A DNA stretch of 64,000 bases from Candidatus Latescibacterota bacterium (GCA_965222605.1 OZ244960.1:2880001-2944000), one strand, 5' to 3'; shown: positions 10,686 through 21,130, counted from the stretch's first letter. The notes: generated from the sequence alone by a model not told the origin. Numbers and translations are program-made.

Positions 10686-10724
10686 TAGATTACTGCATCA
10701 TTCACGATGGATATCTTTTTCCAA

Positions 10725-11243
10725 CTACTGAGTCTTTACTGGCAACGTAAGTCGCATCCTGAATGTGGTGCTTTTGTCCTCGACGCTAAGATCAGTGCGG
10801 ATTTTTGGATTGTCTTTATTTTTGATTGATATATTGCAAGGGGCTGTAAATACCACCTGTCGGTGGGCTTGTTGGTTGATCTCAACGAGACCGGGAAAAA
10901 TATTAATCACTGCGCGTTGATTAATCTCGCGAACACTGTCAAAGGAACCGTACTCGCTTATGACGCTCTCAGCCAGGCCGCCCACTCGTTTACAGGTCTC
11001 GACAGCGGCTTTCACAGAGGAATATTGCTGCTTAACAGTAAATTTGACAAACTTTTGATCATTTTCAAACCTTGCAAAAGCATCCAAACCCCACAACTTC
11101 CCCTTATAGCTCCCCTTATCTGGTCCCACTTCTACTTTTTTCCATGTTTCCTCTGTTTCTTCTGTTTCCTCTGCTCGGATGGATGACGTATGCGACATCA
11201 CCCAAAAGAAACATATTGTTGCTAAAATCACACAAGCCCTCAT
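10725..11243 (-). CDS. Secreted hypothetical protein
   Basis: Signal-peptide-like N-terminus, EETEETEET microrepeat, GAGG RBS; directly follows nadE. Confidence 0.6.
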   Translation of the reverse strand: MRACVILATICFFWVMSHTSSIRAEETEETEETWKKVEVGPDKGSYKGKLWGLDAFARFENDQKFVKFTVKQQYSSVKAAVETCKRVGGLAESVISEYGSFDSVREINQRAVINIFPGLVEINQQAHRQVVFTAPCNISIKNKDNPKIRTDLSVEDKSTTFRMRLTLPVKTQ

Positions 11244-11256
11244 AGCTTCCTCGCAC

Positions 11257-12984
11257 TTAATATTCTCGACACCGATTCGTAATAGGCAATCGCCTATCGC
11301 GACCGAATGCGCGGGGTGTAATCTTGATACCTGGCGGTGCCTGGCGGCGTTTGTATTCGTTGATATCTACCGTGCGGATAACCCGCGTGACGAGTTCCTC
11401 GTCATAGCCCAGCGCGATAATATCTTGCAAACTCGCATCGTCCTCCACATACGCTTTGAGAATCGGATCCAGCACCGGATAAGGAGGCAAGCTATCCGTA
11501 TCTTTCTGATCATCGCGCAACTCAGCCGTAGGAGGTCGCTCGATAATCGAAACGGGAATAACGGGATGATCAGACAGACCATTGCGATAATGCGCCAGAT
11601 CATAAACAAGCGTCTTGTAAATATCTTTAATAACCGCAAACCCACCAGCCATATCCCCGTAAAGCGTGGCATAGCCCATACTCAACTCGCTCTTATTCCC
11701 CGGCGCAAGCACGAGCGCGCGGAACTTATTGGCAAGCGCCATCAGCAAAGTCCCCCGAACACGCGGCTGGATATTCTCCTCCGCAGTATCAGAAGGCAAA
11801 TCGCCAAACTCGTCGGCAAGAAGACCCAGATATTGGTCGAACAACGCCTGAATCGGCAACGTCAGAATGCGAATATCGAGATTGCCCGCCATCTGCAGGG
11901 CGTCATTAAACGTGCCCTCTGACGAATACTGGGTAGGCATCGTCACACACACCACATTCTCTCTCCCCAGCGCATCGTGGGCAACAGCCGTGACAAGCGC
12001 CGAGTCAATCCCGCCGGACAACCCGATGAAAACCTTCTCAAATCCATTCTTCAAAACATAGTCGCGCGTACCCAGAACAAGCGCATCGTAAATATTTTTG
12101 AGGCGCTCATCTGGACGAGGAAAATCTGGTCTCTCAGGCGGAGAAAGACATACAGATTTGGGTTTCAGATCGGGCAGATCAATAGCGATAGGAGAAGAAA
12201 CATCGCGTTTTTCCTTGCGCCGACGCGAATCGTGCAGGCGGTTGCGAAAAACAGCCTCAACATCAACATCCGCCACCAGCAGGTCTTCCTCAAACCGGGG
12301 CGCCCGCGCAATAACGCGTCCTTCTTGATCGACAATCAGGCTACCCCCATCAAAAATCAATTCATCCTGCCCACCGACGAGATTGCAAAAAGCGAGAACA
12401 GCGCTGTTATCAGTCGCACGCGTAGCAATCATCTGCTCGCGCAACAACTCTTTGCCATCGTGGAAAGGTGAGGAGGAAATATTGATAAGCACCTCGGCAT
12501 CGCCGGCAAGTGCTTGCTCCCTGGCGGGACCGCCGGGATACCAGATATCCTCGCAGATCGTAACCCCAAAAGAAACCCCATTGAGGCGGTACACACCCGA
12601 GGTCTTGCCAGATTGGAAATAGCGGTCTTCGTCAAAGACGCCGTAATTGGGCAAATAGGTCTTGTGATAAACATCGATCAAGTGCCCGTCGCAAGCAATA
12701 GCTGCGGCATTGTAGATATCGTCGTGACGATCCACAAATCCGAAAATTGCAGCAACACCCTGCGTCGCCCGAACGAGTTCGTCCAGCACACTGAGGTTGG
12801 ATTGGATAAACCGGGGCTTAAAAAGCAAATCTTCGGGCGGATAGCCCGGAATCGCGAGCTCGGGAAAAACAACAATATGCGCCCCCAAATCGCGTGCTCT
12901 GTGAATATGGTCGAGAATTTTATCACGGTTGCCCGCAAGATCACCTACGGTGACATTGATTTGCGATAGGGCAAGGCGAATCAC
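11257..12984 (-). CDS. nadE: Glutamine-dependent NAD+ synthetase
   Basis: N-terminal CN-hydrolase domain (FPEL, YHK, ICED) plus GLSGGIDS, GNKSE, YATLYGD, PPTAEL, EYKRRQAPPG. Confidence 0.95.
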   Translation of the reverse strand: MIRLALSQINVTVGDLAGNRDKILDHIHRARDLGAHIVVFPELAIPGYPPEDLLFKPRFIQSNLSVLDELVRATQGVAAIFGFVDRHDDIYNAAAIACDGHLIDVYHKTYLPNYGVFDEDRYFQSGKTSGVYRLNGVSFGVTICEDIWYPGGPAREQALAGDAEVLINISSSPFHDGKELLREQMIATRATDNSAVLAFCNLVGGQDELIFDGGSLIVDQEGRVIARAPRFEEDLLVADVDVEAVFRNRLHDSRRRKEKRDVSSPIAIDLPDLKPKSVCLSPPERPDFPRPDERLKNIYDALVLGTRDYVLKNGFEKVFIGLSGGIDSALVTAVAHDALGRENVVCVTMPTQYSSEGTFNDALQMAGNLDIRILTLPIQALFDQYLGLLADEFGDLPSDTAEENIQPRVRGTLLMALANKFRALVLAPGNKSELSMGYATLYGDMAGGFAVIKDIYKTLVYDLAHYRNGLSDHPVIPVSIIERPPTAELRDDQKDTDSLPPYPVLDPILKAYVEDDASLQDIIALGYDEELVTRVIRTVDINEYKRRQAPPGIKITPRAFGRDRRLPITNRCREY

Positions 12985-12996
12985 GTGTCCGACCCT

Positions 12997-14820
12997 CTAA
13001 TAATTGGAGTAGAAGAAGTGACGGTAATCGACAATATCGGCATTCTCTCGCAAATCGGCAAACCAGGCAGTGAAAACCTCCTGGCGTTTTTGTGAAATCA
13101 CCTGCTGCAATAACGTCCCTTTTGCCGATCCTAAACCCGTTTTATCAACAGATTGTTTTTCGTCCAAACGGAAAATATAAGCCCCGCGGTCAGTTTTGAC
13201 GATCTCACTGGTCTGACCTGTTGACAAACGAAATGCCGCGCCCACAAAAGCATTGCGACTCCCCACACTGGGAACAAAGCCCGTACGCGCAAAAGGCTGC
13301 GGTGTCTGAACTGTGAGATTGAAAAATCCGGCTGCCTCTTCGAGTGATTTGCCCGTCTTGATCTGCCCCATCACCTCGGCCAACCGACCGGCTGCAACCT
13401 CGACTTTCTTTTTCGTTTTCAGACTCGCCTCAATCTGCGGTTTAACTTCGTCCAAAGGCCGAGGACCCGCCTCGCGGATTTCGCGCAAAGCAAAAACGTG
13501 GATGCCCTGGTCATTTTCATAAACACTGGAAATGTCGCCGGGAGAACCGCGCAAGAATTTGTTCACCAGACCCGACGTGCTATTGCCCAACAGTGGGAAA
13601 AAGCTACCAGCGGTAATAAACTCCGAGTCCTGACTTTGCAAATCCCTCTGATTGATAGCTGCGTCAAACCCGACATCAGCGGCTATTTCTGCAAACTCTT
13701 CGACAAGCACGCGCAAACTATCGAGCGTATCGCGCCCGGGGCGCACCTCGACGAGGATATGCCGCGCGTGAACCTCAAGGCTATCAGCCGCACCTCTCGT
13801 CTCCTCCACCTTAATAACATGCCAGCCAAACTGCGTTTTGATGGGATCGGAGATTTCCCCCGCTTTGAGCGCGAAAGCCGCATCTTCAAAAGGCTTGACC
13901 ATGCGACCCCGCCCAAAAAAGCCGAGACCACCACCGCGCGGGCCACTTGGGCCATCGGAATACGCCCTGGCGAGTTCGGCAAAATCATCACCGGCTTTGG
14001 CCTCGGCGAAAACCCGATCAATTTCGGTTTTGGCTTCGGCCTCATCGCGTGCAGTTGCCGTTTTTGGCAACGAAACAAAAGCGACGCGCACGGCGGCATC
14101 TTCCTTGTATTCGTCCCGATGGTCTTCGTAATAAGTCTGAACCTCAGCATCCGCGACCAGCGCGAGCGAGTCGGGAATGGCATTGGCATCAAACCCGATA
14201 TAAGACACGCGCACTTTTTCGTTGCGTTCGATATACGATTGCTCGATCTCCGCGTCGGTAACTTTCACCGAACCTACAATGAACGTTTCGAGTTTCTGCG
14301 AAAGCAACTGGCTTCGCGCATTCTCTTCGGCAAACAGAACAAATTGCTTCATTCGAGGATCGCTGTACGTGCTGGGATCGTCGAGAAATTGGCTATATTT
14401 AGCGGGATCAAATGTACCATCAGTCTGGAAAAATTCTTGTTGTTGTATCCACTCGGCGGGTTGTGTGCGATTGATATGGTTGACTTCAGCATCGGAAACA
14501 GCAATGCCGTATTTCTCAATTTGTTGCCCAAACAGGGTTTGCGTAACCACGCGTTCCCAGGTCTGAGAAATAATCTGGCTCACGTCGGGGTCTTGATTGC
14601 CACGCGCCTTGGCCTGCTGAAGATCATTTTGGACTTCGGCTTCAAATTGCTTCACAGAAATGTCCTGACCATTCACAGAACCGACATTGTCACCAACAGC
14701 GGCAAAACCCCGACTGCTAAAATCAGCACCCCATTCAAACACCATCAGGCCCACAAAAGAAACCGCAACAATAATCATCATAGCCTTAATAAAAGTAGCA
14801 CTACGCATTTGGGAGAGCAT
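12997..14820 (-). CDS. SurA-N / parvulin peptidyl-prolyl isomerase (PpiD-like)
   Basis: N-terminal TM anchor, [47 protein letters not shown]. Confidence 0.88.
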   Translation of the reverse strand: MLSQMRSATFIKAMMIIVAVSFVGLMVFEWGADFSSRGFAAVGDNVGSVNGQDISVKQFEAEVQNDLQQAKARGNQDPDVSQIISQTWERVVTQTLFGQQIEKYGIAVSDAEVNHINRTQPAEWIQQQEFFQTDGTFDPAKYSQFLDDPSTYSDPRMKQFVLFAEENARSQLLSQKLETFIVGSVKVTDAEIEQSYIERNEKVRVSYIGFDANAIPDSLALVADAEVQTYYEDHRDEYKEDAAVRVAFVSLPKTATARDEAEAKTEIDRVFAEAKAGDDFAELARAYSDGPSGPRGGGLGFFGRGRMVKPFEDAAFALKAGEISDPIKTQFGWHVIKVEETRGAADSLEVHARHILVEVRPGRDTLDSLRVLVEEFAEIAADVGFDAAINQRDLQSQDSEFITAGSFFPLLGNSTSGLVNKFLRGSPGDISSVYENDQGIHVFALREIREAGPRPLDEVKPQIEASLKTKKKVEVAAGRLAEVMGQIKTGKSLEEAAGFFNLTVQTPQPFARTGFVPSVGSRNAFVGAAFRLSTGQTSEIVKTDRGAYIFRLDEKQSVDKTGLGSAKGTLLQQVISQKRQEVFTAWFADLRENADIVDYRHFFYSNY

Positions 14821-14992
14821 TGAGACTTTTCCTCCAGATAGGATCAGGATAAACTTCTGTCGAAGTTGTACCCATTATACAGGATTGACAGGATTGTGCA
14901 GGATGCCAGCCAGCCACACCAGTTTTGTAATTTACTTGTTGGACTTTGTACTGGCAAGATTTTTTTCTATAAAAGCAAGCCAATCCAGTTTC

Positions 14993-15021
14993 TTGACGAG
15001 CGCGAGCAAAAGCCCTATACT
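14993..15021 (+). promoter_or_regulatory. Probable sigma70 promoter of the M23 gene
   Basis: TTGACG, 17 bp spacer, TATACT. Confidence 0.55.
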
Positions 15022-15067
15022 GAGCTATTCTCTACTAACCCCTAACCACTTTTTCCTGAATTTTTTC

Positions 15068-17086
15068 ATGCTTCGCCTATCTACCATAAGTATTATCCTA
15101 TCCCTCATCATCACTGCACACGCAGAAAATTATCACTGGCCCATGGATGCCCCCCCGGCATTGACATCGACCTTTGGCGAATATCGGGGTGGGCGATTGC
15201 ACGCGGCCATCGACTTGAAAACCTGGGGCAAAGAAGGATATCCCATAACAGCAATTGCCGACGGGTACGTCTGGCGGGTTCGCACATCGCCCTGGGGATA
15301 TGGCCGGGTGGTATATGTTCAACTCGACAATGGCCAGTTCGCGCTCTGGGCGCATTTGTCGGGATTTTCCAAACGCATCGAAAAATACGTCCAGCAAGAA
15401 CAAGACCGCCGCGGAACATACAGCGTAAACCTGTATTTTCGCCTCGATCAAATCCCCGTCAAGCGCGGAGAGGTACTGGGATATTCGGGTAGCACAGGCA
15501 TTGGCGTACCGCATTTGCACTTTGAATTGCGCGACGCGAAACACCGCCCCATCAATCCCTTGCTCCATGGATTTGATATCAAAGACACGATACCCCCAAC
15601 CATACAGGCGGTCGGACTCGCGCCCTTAAACGCAGATGCACATGTCAATAGCGGACACAAACCAGTATCATATCGCCTCGCCTATCGAACACGAGAAAAG
15701 GTCTTTACACATCCCGATACCATAACAATCTGGGGTCGCATTGGTGTGGGCCTCAAAGCGTTTGACCGCGCAAATGACTCTCGGCTAACAAATCGATTGG
15801 CCCCTTATCGCATGCGACTCCTGGTAAATGGCGAAGAGATATTTCAAAAAACCTGTGGGCTGTTTGGATACGACGTAACGCGCCACGGAGAACTCGCTTA
15901 TGACTTTTTTATGAGCCGCCGCGGCCTGGGACGATTTCACAGCCTGTATCGCAAACCGGGCAATCGCCTGCCTTTTTACGGCGATTACGAAATGGGATCA
16001 GGCGTATTATTCGCGGGGACAAAGACCGACAATGCAGGGCATGAACTCTCGCCGGGCGTACATCGCCTGCAGATTATTGCCGAGGATGCGAAGGGGAATC
16101 GCGCAAAAGCAGTCGTGTTTCTGCGGGTGCGAGACACGAGCGGAACAGCTCGAACATTTGCCTCCCATAAAACCTCACCACAGCGCAACCCGAGAATAAC
16201 CAACAAAGTAACGTATTTCCCCACCTTCGCAGTTGTCCGTATCTCAACCAATCAGACACTGTCAGAAATGCCAACCGTGCGGGCACAATTTTCCAAACGG
16301 TCGATGCGATCCCTCGCGGTTCGGCAAACAGGTTTGCAAACATATCAGGTTGTCATTCCATTTGATAAAAAACACGCCGATGACATAGATGTGCAAATAG
16401 AGACAAATGGACAAAAACAAAATCTGCGGATCATCCAGAAAACCGCGACACAAGATGGCGGAGAAATGCGCTCGGATGACGGATTGGTGCGGGTGCGATT
16501 TGAGAAAGCGGGCGTTTACGAAACCCTATTTGGACGCATTGTGCCCGATAGCCTGATAAAGGATAAACGCATGGTGGGGACCGCGTTTCGGATCATGCCC
16601 GGGGATGTGGCATTCAAAGGGGCGGAGATAGCGTACATCTACCCTCCCGATCATCCCAGGATAGATAAACTCGGCATTTACAAATGGAATGGAAAAAATA
16701 GCTGGACTTTTGTCGATAAAGGACACAATTCAACACTGGGTGCTATAACGGGAAACGTGAGGAACTTTGGCGTATTTGCATTGCTTGCCGACACTGTACC
16801 CCCCAGAATTGCCAGCATAACCCCTGCCAACGGCACAGTACTCGCACAGCGCCAACCCAGAGTTGCTGCTTCCGTTTGGGATACATCTTCGGGTATTTGG
16901 CGAGAGGAGGATATGGTGATGCAAATTGATGGCAAAGCTCTAATTGTAGAATACGACCCGGAAGAAGATCGCATCTTTGCCAGACCGCGAAAACCCCTGA
17001 CGCCCGGAGCGCACAAGTTGGAAGTTATCGTGCGCGACTTATGTGGCAATGAATCGCGGCGCACCACCGCATTCAGGATACAATAG
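15068..17086 (+). CDS. M23 family metallopeptidase with C-terminal Ig-like domain
   Basis: HAAID, AHL, GSTG...PHLHFE motifs; likely start ATG 15068 gives a signal peptide. Confidence 0.85.
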   Translation: MLRLSTISIILSLIITAHAENYHWPMDAPPALTSTFGEYRGGRLHAAIDLKTWGKEGYPITAIADGYVWRVRTSPWGYGRVVYVQLDNGQFALWAHLSGFSKRIEKYVQQEQDRRGTYSVNLYFRLDQIPVKRGEVLGYSGSTGIGVPHLHFELRDAKHRPINPLLHGFDIKDTIPPTIQAVGLAPLNADAHVNSGHKPVSYRLAYRTREKVFTHPDTITIWGRIGVGLKAFDRANDSRLTNRLAPYRMRLLVNGEEIFQKTCGLFGYDVTRHGELAYDFFMSRRGLGRFHSLYRKPGNRLPFYGDYEMGSGVLFAGTKTDNAGHELSPGVHRLQIIAEDAKGNRAKAVVFLRVRDTSGTARTFASHKTSPQRNPRITNKVTYFPTFAVVRISTNQTLSEMPTVRAQFSKRSMRSLAVRQTGLQTYQVVIPFDKKHADDIDVQIETNGQKQNLRIIQKTATQDGGEMRSDDGLVRVRFEKAGVYETLFGRIVPDSLIKDKRMVGTAFRIMPGDVAFKGAEIAYIYPPDHPRIDKLGIYKWNGKNSWTFVDKGHNSTLGAITGNVRNFGVFALLADTVPPRIASITPANGTVLAQRQPRVAASVWDTSSGIWREEDMVMQIDGKALIVEYDPEEDRIFARPRKPLTPGAHKLEVIVRDLCGNESRRTTAFRIQ

Positions 17087-17088
17087 CG

Positions 17089-17775
17089 ATGATGATTCCC
17101 CTCAAAGACGAACACCCTTCGGGTCAGGTCCCCGTATTGATGATCGGCATTTTGCTGAGCAACGTGGGCATATTTGTGTACGCGTGGTTGTTAGGCGACA
17201 TCGGATCTCATGTATTTAGCGCGCGGTATGGGGCAATTCCCTTTGAGATCATACACGGCGTTGACGCAATTTCCCCCACCCCCATCCCGATATATCTCAC
17301 GCTGTTGTCGTCGATGTTTATGCACGGTGGCATATTACATCTGGGCGGCAATATGCTGTATTTGTGGATCTTTGGGAACAATATAGAAGCCGCGCTGGGA
17401 CCTGCGCGGTTCTTATTTTTTTATTTATTCTGCGGCGTAATTGCAACGCTGGCACATGTGATTTCCGAACCGGAATCCACCATACCAATGGTGGGTGCCA
17501 GTGGTGCGATAGCGGGGATTTTGGGAGGCTATTTGGCGGCATTTCCCGGCACGCGAATTTTAGTACTGGTATTTTATTTCATCCTTCGCGTACCAGCACT
17601 GATCGTACTCGGTGGATGGTTTGTCATTCAGTTGCTCAACGCCTCAAGTGCCAGCGGCACAAACGACGTCGCGTGGTTCGCCCACATTGCCGGATTTATC
17701 GTGGGCTATATACTGATGCACCAATGGAAGAACAAGATCCCGGCCAAAAGAGTATATGAGCAGTGGGAATATTAA
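17089..17775 (+). CDS. Rhomboid intramembrane serine protease
   Basis: HGG..HL.GNM, VGASGA, AWFAHIAGF. Confidence 0.93.
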   Translation: MMIPLKDEHPSGQVPVLMIGILLSNVGIFVYAWLLGDIGSHVFSARYGAIPFEIIHGVDAISPTPIPIYLTLLSSMFMHGGILHLGGNMLYLWIFGNNIEAALGPARFLFFYLFCGVIATLAHVISEPESTIPMVGASGAIAGILGGYLAAFPGTRILVLVFYFILRVPALIVLGGWFVIQLLNASSASGTNDVAWFAHIAGFIVGYILMHQWKNKIPAKRVYEQWEY

Positions 17776-17794
17776 AAGCGGTAAGAGGTTAGCG

Positions 17795-17830
17795 AAAAAA
17801 AGGGGCGTGCTCTGTTTTCGGGCACACCTC
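17795..17830 (-). terminator. Rho-independent terminator after the DUF2723 gene
   Basis: Minus strand gaggtgtgccc gaaaaca gagcacgcccc ttttttt. Confidence 0.6.
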
Positions 17831-17956
17831 TTGTCGTAATAGCGGGTCCAGCTCAATTATTGCGACAGTGTAGCAACAATTTCTCCTTCATTCGGCAGTC
17901 AATTGTCGTATCACTGATACGACAATCTCCTTTCCGTATTCAGCTCTCTTTATTTT

Positions 17957-20326
17957 TTAAGGCATAATAGATCCCACGCTATCTGCTTCTCTCGGCGTCG
18001 TCCCCCATTTCCATCTGTCTATAATCGCGTGTATATCTTCGGGATTTTCTATTGGCGGACCGAGGCGGAGCAGGTTTTCAAGAGCAGAAACAGCGCGAGT
18101 CACATCACCCGACTCGTAAAAATAGAGAGCCAGTTCGCGATAGTGTTGGCCAACGGGTTGCCATGTCTCCGGGAAATCGAGCGCGTAGGGAGGCACGCGT
18201 TTTTCAACCTCGGCGAGAACATCATACGCCTCCTCGTGCATACCCAATCGAATATAGGCGCGTACAAGCCCATCAAAAAGAATCAAATAATTGCTGAGCA
18301 GACGGCGAGCAACCGGGTCTTTGTGAACCGTACTATCCGCAACACCGGTGTACCGATAAACATCGAGCAAATTGCGTTTGATCTTTTCTTCCTCAAACTG
18401 CTCGTATCCACGGGTCTCAACCAGTTTATACGCCATACCCTCCATAGACAAATAGGGCTTCAAACCCGCCATATTGATATCGGGCACGGTCACGGCAAAA
18501 TAAATGGGCCGCTTTTCCCAGTTGTGTTTCACAACGCGCCATATCATTAAAGAGTGGGGCTCCAGAACGGGCACCGTCTCTCTACCTCTGCCCGTAGGAT
18601 ACTCGGCTATGGGGATATCCCCCGCCTCAAGTTTAAGACCTGCTACTTCTATGCCTCTGTCGTATTCCCATTGAAAGCCCCCCAGCGCCTCATCAATCTC
18701 ATCATCCTCAAGACCAACTTCAATACCGAGTCTTTTCAGTTGTTTAATGTACCACGAAGTCTTGATCAGACTGAGATTCACAATTTGAATATCGTTTCGC
18801 ACGCCCTCAACGCCCTGCAAAAACCACAAAGGATACGTGTCGTTATCCCCATTGGTAAACAAAATGGCGTTTTCGTCACAGGTTGCCATAATATTATAGG
18901 CATAATCATAAGGCACAAAGTCGCCCGTGCGATCGTGTACGTGATAATTTTCGACCAGAATACCTGCTGGCACCAGAAGCATGAGAGCCGCCGCGAGAAT
19001 TGCCAGCGATTTGTTTTGCATCCAGGCAATAAGACCCGCTGCACCAATGCCCATCCATATACCGAAAAATGTATAAGCCCCCACAAAGATATATTCGCGC
19101 TCGCGGGGTTCGGGATCGGGCATATTGAGATAGAGCACGAGCCCCACGCCCATCAGGGCAAACATGGCAAAAAGGGAAGCAAAGCGTTTCCAATCCTTAC
19201 GCAGGTGATACACGGCACCGCCGATGCCGAGCGCGAGTGTGATCAGAGAATAGTGAATGATCTCATATCGACCCATATAAACATCTACGGCGCGGCGAAA
19301 ATATGCGGAAATACCATCGAAAAACGGAAATTGCTGGAGAAAATATTTGATATGAATATTAAACTGAAACGCCCAGGGTTCGGCGCGGCGAGGAAAAACA
19401 AAGTGGATTCCGTATTGCTGACGCCCCATAAACGCTTTGAAATTTTCCCAGGTCTCGGGATCGTTCATATCAATCATGGGATTGAGACCCGACCGAATAA
19501 AAAGGGCGAAATACGTGGAAAAACCCAGCGCTCCGATGATAATTCCCAAAAGCCAGAATTGGGGATTGCGCCACTCAGGTCTCAAGATGAGCAACCCAAT
19601 GACGACAACACCCGTCAGGAGTGCAGCGACCTCAATGGGAAAAACAATAGACAAAAACGGATAGAGGGTGAGACCGACGACCACGAGCACCTGATGCTTG
19701 AGCGGTCGATCTTCCATCAAATCGGTAAAAAGCAGAATGAGAATGCCGGGAATGGTGAGCAAACACTGAAGATGTACACCCGCGCCAAGCCCAAAAAGAT
19801 AGGCAATAAAGAGCAAAAGACGATCGCTATTGTGGTCTTTGTGCGCGTCATCCCAGCGCAGAGCCACCCATACCGCCAGCATGGTAATACACATCGACAG
19901 GCCATAAACTTCGGCTTCTATGGCATTATTCCAAAAAGAAAAAGAGAAAGCCGTGCTGAGGGAAGCAACCACACCACCGACAAAGATGGCGAGTTGTTGG
20001 ACAGTATTATCGCGGTCGAGCCAGGTGGAGAGCAAACGGACAGTACACAAATAGATGAGAACCACTGTGGCAATACCAGCAGCAGCCGACAGGAGATTCA
20101 CGCGAAAAGCGATTTCCCCAAATGGCAACATGGAAAAGATACGCCCCAGCAAGGTATAAAACGGCGCGCCGGGGGGATGGGGAATGCCCAGAGTATAAGC
20201 AGTGGTAATAAACTCGCCACAGTCCCAAAATGCAACAGTAGGTGCCAGTGTTGAGAGATAGATAATAGTCGTGACAAAAAATACCAGACCAGCGACGATC
20301 TTGTTGCGCTGTCCAAATCCGTTCAT
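17957..20326 (-). CDS. DUF2723 / TMEM260-like membrane glycosyltransferase
   Basis: FWDCGEFI..LGIPHPPGAP, EAEVY, EPREREY, FTNGDNDTYPLW; many TM segments. Confidence 0.85.
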   Translation of the reverse strand: MNGFGQRNKIVAGLVFFVTTIIYLSTLAPTVAFWDCGEFITTAYTLGIPHPPGAPFYTLLGRIFSMLPFGEIAFRVNLLSAAAGIATVVLIYLCTVRLLSTWLDRDNTVQQLAIFVGGVVASLSTAFSFSFWNNAIEAEVYGLSMCITMLAVWVALRWDDAHKDHNSDRLLLFIAYLFGLGAGVHLQCLLTIPGILILLFTDLMEDRPLKHQVLVVVGLTLYPFLSIVFPIEVAALLTGVVVIGLLILRPEWRNPQFWLLGIIIGALGFSTYFALFIRSGLNPMIDMNDPETWENFKAFMGRQQYGIHFVFPRRAEPWAFQFNIHIKYFLQQFPFFDGISAYFRRAVDVYMGRYEIIHYSLITLALGIGGAVYHLRKDWKRFASLFAMFALMGVGLVLYLNMPDPEPREREYIFVGAYTFFGIWMGIGAAGLIAWMQNKSLAILAAALMLLVPAGILVENYHVHDRTGDFVPYDYAYNIMATCDENAILFTNGDNDTYPLWFLQGVEGVRNDIQIVNLSLIKTSWYIKQLKRLGIEVGLEDDEIDEALGGFQWEYDRGIEVAGLKLEAGDIPIAEYPTGRGRETVPVLEPHSLMIWRVVKHNWEKRPIYFAVTVPDINMAGLKPYLSMEGMAYKLVETRGYEQFEEEKIKRNLLDVYRYTGVADSTVHKDPVARRLLSNYLILFDGLVRAYIRLGMHEEAYDVLAEVEKRVPPYALDFPETWQPVGQHYRELALYFYESGDVTRAVSALENLLRLGPPIENPEDIHAIIDRWKWGTTPREADSVGSIMP

Positions 20327-20353
20327 AAGGTTTCTACTCGCAAGTATGGGTTC

Positions 20354-21004
20354 TCACTCCGGAAGATCTTCGGGACGCTCAATTTCAATATCGACAAATG
20401 TGCCATCAACTCGGGCCGTAACATAAAAAACTTCATCGCCCCGCAAGACCCATACTGCGCTACCTGTACCGTGCATAAGAACGGGTTCAGAGGGACCATA
20501 GTCATTGGGAGGCAGGTCTTCTGGTCCATAAATCTGCACATTCCCATACGAGGGATCCCATTTCAAAAAAAAGAGACTATCGCCCTTCAAAACCCAGACT
20601 CTGCTCCCGCCGCCAGCCATCATAACCGGTTCGGATCCTTCTGAATCCGGAAGTTCTTCAGGACGTTCTACTTCCATCCTGACAAATGTGCCTTCGCGTT
20701 TTGCAACGACAAAATAGACATCGTCGCCCCGCAGTATCCAGGCGAAATCGCCTGTACTTTGCATGAGCAGGGTCTCTCTGATCTCCTCGCTACCGATTTC
20801 CTGGGGACCATAAATCTGCGCTTGTTCAAATTCCCTATCCCACTTTAGATAGTAAATTTTATTCCCCTTCAAAATCCAGGTTGTCACTCCGCTACCGCCG
20901 ATCATCGCGGGTTCTGGCGCTTCTTCATCCTGCGCAAAAACAGACGCGGGTTTAGAAAGTAAAAACAGAGCAAGGAGTACGTAGATAAAACGCCGATTAG
21001 ACAT
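20354..21004 (-). CDS. Secreted protein with four internal beta-repeats
   Basis: Signal peptide; four W(I/V)L(K/R)G repeats in ABAB arrangement; GGAGG RBS. Confidence 0.75.
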   Translation of the reverse strand: MSNRRFIYVLLALFLLSKPASVFAQDEEAPEPAMIGGSGVTTWILKGNKIYYLKWDREFEQAQIYGPQEIGSEEIRETLLMQSTGDFAWILRGDDVYFVVAKREGTFVRMEVERPEELPDSEGSEPVMMAGGGSRVWVLKGDSLFFLKWDPSYGNVQIYGPEDLPPNDYGPSEPVLMHGTGSAVWVLRGDEVFYVTARVDGTFVDIEIERPEDLPE

Positions 21005-21080
21005 GTGTGGTCCTCCGGGTTGAGTTAAAGAATAAATTTTTTTAGACGGACAAATGTATGGGTTATGGAAGAAACAGTCA

Positions 21081-21130
21081 AGTAGGGGACGGTCCCTGTG
21101 CCGTCCTGTAGCGGACGTCCCTGTGCCGTC
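21081..21130. repeat. GTAG-type REP-like doublet
   Basis: gtaggggacggtccctgtgccgtcc followed by gtagcggacgtccctgtgccgtc; similar unit at 42047-42073. Confidence 0.6.

Noticed and set aside
3163-10720. Classical integron or CRISPR interpretation of the repeated spacers
   Set aside because: No intI and no attC-type RYYYAAC...GTTRRRY palindromes were recognised. The repeats are separated by whole genes, not 30-40 bp spacers, and there are no cas genes.
13498-14823. 441-aa plus-strand ORF
   Set aside because: Antisense shadow of the well-supported SurA/PpiD gene; no recognisable motifs.
14687-15067. N-terminal extension of the M23 ORF in the track
   Set aside because: Overlaps the divergent gene and a promoter; ATG 15068 gives a proper signal peptide.
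18554-20254. 566-aa plus-strand ORF
   Set aside because: Antisense shadow of the DUF2723 gene; no motifs.
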